From positions 1 through 37,023 of the IMG/VR virus record IMGVR_UViG_3300025654_000021: a DNA stretch of 37,023 nt. One strand, given 5' to 3'. The notes beneath the pieces are model-generated. The model saw nothing but the letters and a program-made list of their open reading frames with translations. It did no database searches and was not told where the DNA came from. The position numbers were made by a program, and so were the translations under genes. Positions 34,854 to 37,023 of the stretch are shown in pieces; position 1 is the stretch's first letter; the number at the start of each line of letters is the position of its first letter. This DNA comes from a virus (Duplodnaviria > Caudoviricetes).

Positions 34854-34861
34854 TATGTTTG
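34854..34861 (+). promoter_or_regulatory. Promoter -7 element TATGTTTG
   Basis: TAnnTTTG with TTG near 34831, right after terminator. Confidence 0.6.
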
Positions 34862-34880
34862 CTACTCAATATAAAAATAG

Positions 34881-35072
34881 ATGACCATGAAAAGAGATTA
34901 CAGATTTTGGGAACATAACTACAACCCTATTACAATGCAACCAGACCCTTGCGTTACTAGCGATAAGAATATTGGAGAAGGAGCTGAACAAGAGTCAGAT
35001 GAGAAGTGGGTTGAGAGTATAGAAAGGTCGAGAGTTAGAAACAAAGTTAGAAGAGTCGGTAAGTTTTGGTAG
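34881..35072 (+). CDS. Hypothetical protein
   Basis: Follows promoter. Confidence 0.55.
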   Translation: MTMKRDYRFWEHNYNPITMQPDPCVTSDKNIGEGAEQESDEKWVESIERSRVRNKVRRVGKFW

Positions 35073-35794
35073 TATTATTTGACGCAGATAGCCTTATTTA
35101 CGCATCTTGTTTTGACTCTAAGTCAGACCAGAAGTGGTTAACTATAGATAAGGCTTACGAGAAGTTTCAAGAAGGACTTGATAAGATATTTGCTGAGTTA
35201 GAAGAGCAAGTAGAAGTGGATAAGTTTATAGTATGTAACGGTTCTAGGGGTAATTTTAGACACGATATATCTAAAGAGTACAAAGCTAATAGAACAGGAG
35301 AGAAACCTCCAATACTAGGTAAACTACATAGCTTGGTTAAGAGGAAATATCGTTCTCATTACGGAATAGGTATTGAGACTGATGATGTTGTGGCTACATT
35401 ATGGAAAAGAGTTGCAGATAAAATCGGTATAGATTCTGTTATTATAGTATCTATAGATAAAGATTATAAGCAATTTCCCTGCTGGTTTTATGATTACCAT
35501 TGGAAAAAGAAAACACTATCTAAGATATCAGAAGAAGAAGCTACTATTAACTTTTATACGCAAATGATTGTAGGCGATTCATCAGACAATATTAAGTATT
35601 GTAAAGGCCATGGAAAGGTTTATGCTAGAAAGCTCTTAGAAGGCGTTAAAACACCATTCTCAGCTACAAGAAGAGTCTATACATTATTTAAAGAAGTGTA
35701 TGGAGAAGATGCTAAAGAGAAATACAAAGAATGTAAAGCATTATTAGCATTGAAAACAGACTGTAATGATAACATCAGAATACAAGGGAAGTGA
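35066..35794 (+). CDS. 5'-3' exonuclease (T7 gp6/Pol I N-domain/FEN-like)
   Basis: LFDADSL, EYKANR, ETDDVVA, SIDKDY, GDSSDNI..C.G.G motifs. Confidence 0.88.
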   Translation: MVVLFDADSLIYASCFDSKSDQKWLTIDKAYEKFQEGLDKIFAELEEQVEVDKFIVCNGSRGNFRHDISKEYKANRTGEKPPILGKLHSLVKRKYRSHYGIGIETDDVVATLWKRVADKIGIDSVIIVSIDKDYKQFPCWFYDYHWKKKTLSKISEEEATINFYTQMIVGDSSDNIKYCKGHGKVYARKLLEGVKTPFSATRRVYTLFKEVYGEDAKEKYKECKALLALKTDCNDNIRIQGK

Positions 35795-36011
35795 TGACGA
35801 AATAAAAAAAGCCTATTACGATATTTATTTCTACAATCTAGAGCAAGGTCTTATGACTTTAGAAGAGTGTGGTTGGGATTTGGAAATGCTGGAGGAAGAG
35901 GAAGATTATCTTGCTTGCGCTGGAGTGTTTAGAGCTATGAATAACCACAAAGCCATTGAAGAAGAGAGGTTTAGTGAATTGTTGATGGAGATTACGAGTA
36001 AAACAGAATAA
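35766..36011 (+). CDS. Hypothetical acidic protein
   Basis: EEEEDYLACAG motif; co-oriented. Confidence 0.6.
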   Translation: MITSEYKGSDDEIKKAYYDIYFYNLEQGLMTLEECGWDLEMLEEEEDYLACAGVFRAMNNHKAIEEERFSELLMEITSKTE

Positions 36012-36031
36012 ATAAAAATAGTTATCTTTTT

Positions 36032-36415
36032 ATGAATAGTAAAGAGATAAAGCCAACTGATGGCAGAAAGGGTAACTCTAGGAAGAAATCTATACCTAAG
36101 TTGCCTGTACCTCAAGGAGAGAGGTCTAATAAACCAGCACTTAATCAAGCAAAGAAGAGTCGCAAGAAACAATACGCAAAGAAAGCTATCAAGAATGTAT
36201 TTGGTAGTGAGGTTGCTATGTTTGAGTCTATGGCTGAGAAGGCTAAAGAAGGTAGTTACAACCATATGAAACTACTTACTGATATGATGTATGAAGAAGA
36301 TAAAGATAATACAGGAACAACTGTTAAAGCTCCTATTATAAACTTTATTGGAGATAGCGAACTCAGTAAGAAAGTTAAAGATAAGATTATAGACGTAACA
36401 CCTAAGGATGAGTAA
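36032..36415 (+). CDS. Putative terminase small subunit
   Basis: Basic N-terminus (DGRKGN), immediately upstream of and overlapping TerL. Confidence 0.55.
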   Translation: MNSKEIKPTDGRKGNSRKKSIPKLPVPQGERSNKPALNQAKKSRKKQYAKKAIKNVFGSEVAMFESMAEKAKEGSYNHMKLLTDMMYEEDKDNTGTTVKAPIINFIGDSELSKKVKDKIIDVTPKDE

Positions 36416-37023
36416 ATTAAACATACACACAAAATACATACCACTATTTAAAGAGCCTTCAAGATACTTTGTTGTAACTGGAGGTCGTGGTTCTGGTAAG
36501 TCATTTGGTGTTAACGTATTCTTACTTAACTTAACCTATGAGAAAGGTCATAAGATTTTGTTCTCACGTTATACAATGATATCTGCACATACATCTATTA
36601 TACCTGAATTTATAGAAAAGATTGACTTAATGGGAGTTCACGAAGACTTTAGGATAACTAAAGATGAGATAATGAACTTAAAGACAGGTAGTTCTATAAT
36701 ATTTAAAGGTATTAGAACATCATCTGGTAACCAAACAGCAGCACTTAAATCTTTAAACGGTATTACAACGTTTGTAGTAGATGAAGCAGAGGAATTAGTT
36801 GACGAAGGAACATTTGATAAGATTGACTTTTCTATACGTTCACAACTTAAACAGAACAGAGTTATTTTAGTGATGAATCCGACAACTAAAGAGCATTGGA
36901 TATACAAACGTTGGTTTCAAGCAGAAAATGTCTTAGGAGGCTCTAATATGAGCTTAAATGATGTAACTTATATACATACAGACTACAGAGATAATAAAGA
37001 TAACCTATCAGAGTCATTTTTAC
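36408..37023 (+). CDS. terL: Terminase large subunit (3' truncated by window edge)
   Basis: ATG 36408: MSKLNIH...VVTGGRGSGKS (Walker A), FVVDEAEE (Walker B), LVMNP; not in track because no stop in window. Confidence 0.92.
   Translation, partial: MSKLNIHTKYIPLFKEPSRYFVVTGGRGSGKSFGVNVFLLNLTYEKGHKILFSRYTMISAHTSIIPEFIEKIDLMGVHEDFRITKDEIMNLKTGSSIIFKGIRTSSGNQTAALKSLNGITTFVVDEAEELVDEGTFDKIDFSIRSQLKQNRVILVMNPTTKEHWIYKRWFQAENVLGGSNMSLNDVTYIHTDYRDNKDNLSESFL

Noticed and set aside
20377-36907. Minus-strand ORFs across the rightward region (20377, 23731, 24757, 26086, 26160, 26278, 27273, 29854, 30360, 30648, 31485, 32821, 34392, 35906, 36256, 36638) and + ORF 36060
   Set aside because: Overlap better-supported + strand genes including TerL; no motifs.

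Overview
AT-rich, gene-dense tailed-phage DNA, most likely a siphovirus of a Bacteroidota (Flavobacteriaceae-like) host. The evidence is TAnnTTTG promoters, A-rich Shine-Dalgarno-less starts, a DUF3127-like SSB and a DUF5675-like lysin. Gene order: HK97-type head, neck and tail genes with a lambda-type GGGAAAG -1 frameshift (1-12.5 kb); lysis cassette (12.5-14.9 kb); leftward recombination operon with NinG, NinB-like, phosphoesterase, SSB and Sak/Rad52-like genes (14.9-19.9 kb); rightward replication genes, a DUF4373-like initiator and a primase-helicase (20-23 kb); an ~8 kb accessory array (23.8-31.5 kb); then ATPase, phosphoesterase, RusA-like, sigma-like, 5'-3' exonuclease and terminase genes. 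The main observation is the accessory region. It is a strictly alternating array of 18 attC-like 'AAC...hairpin...GTT' sites and about 17 'GTT...AAC' cassettes whose two ends are complementary to each other. It carries three DNA methyltransferases and several empty units. Many small genes start inside a site loop and finish in the next cassette, which suggests shufflable N- and C-terminal modules. No integrase is visible in the window. All protein family calls come from motif recognition by eye, not from database searches.
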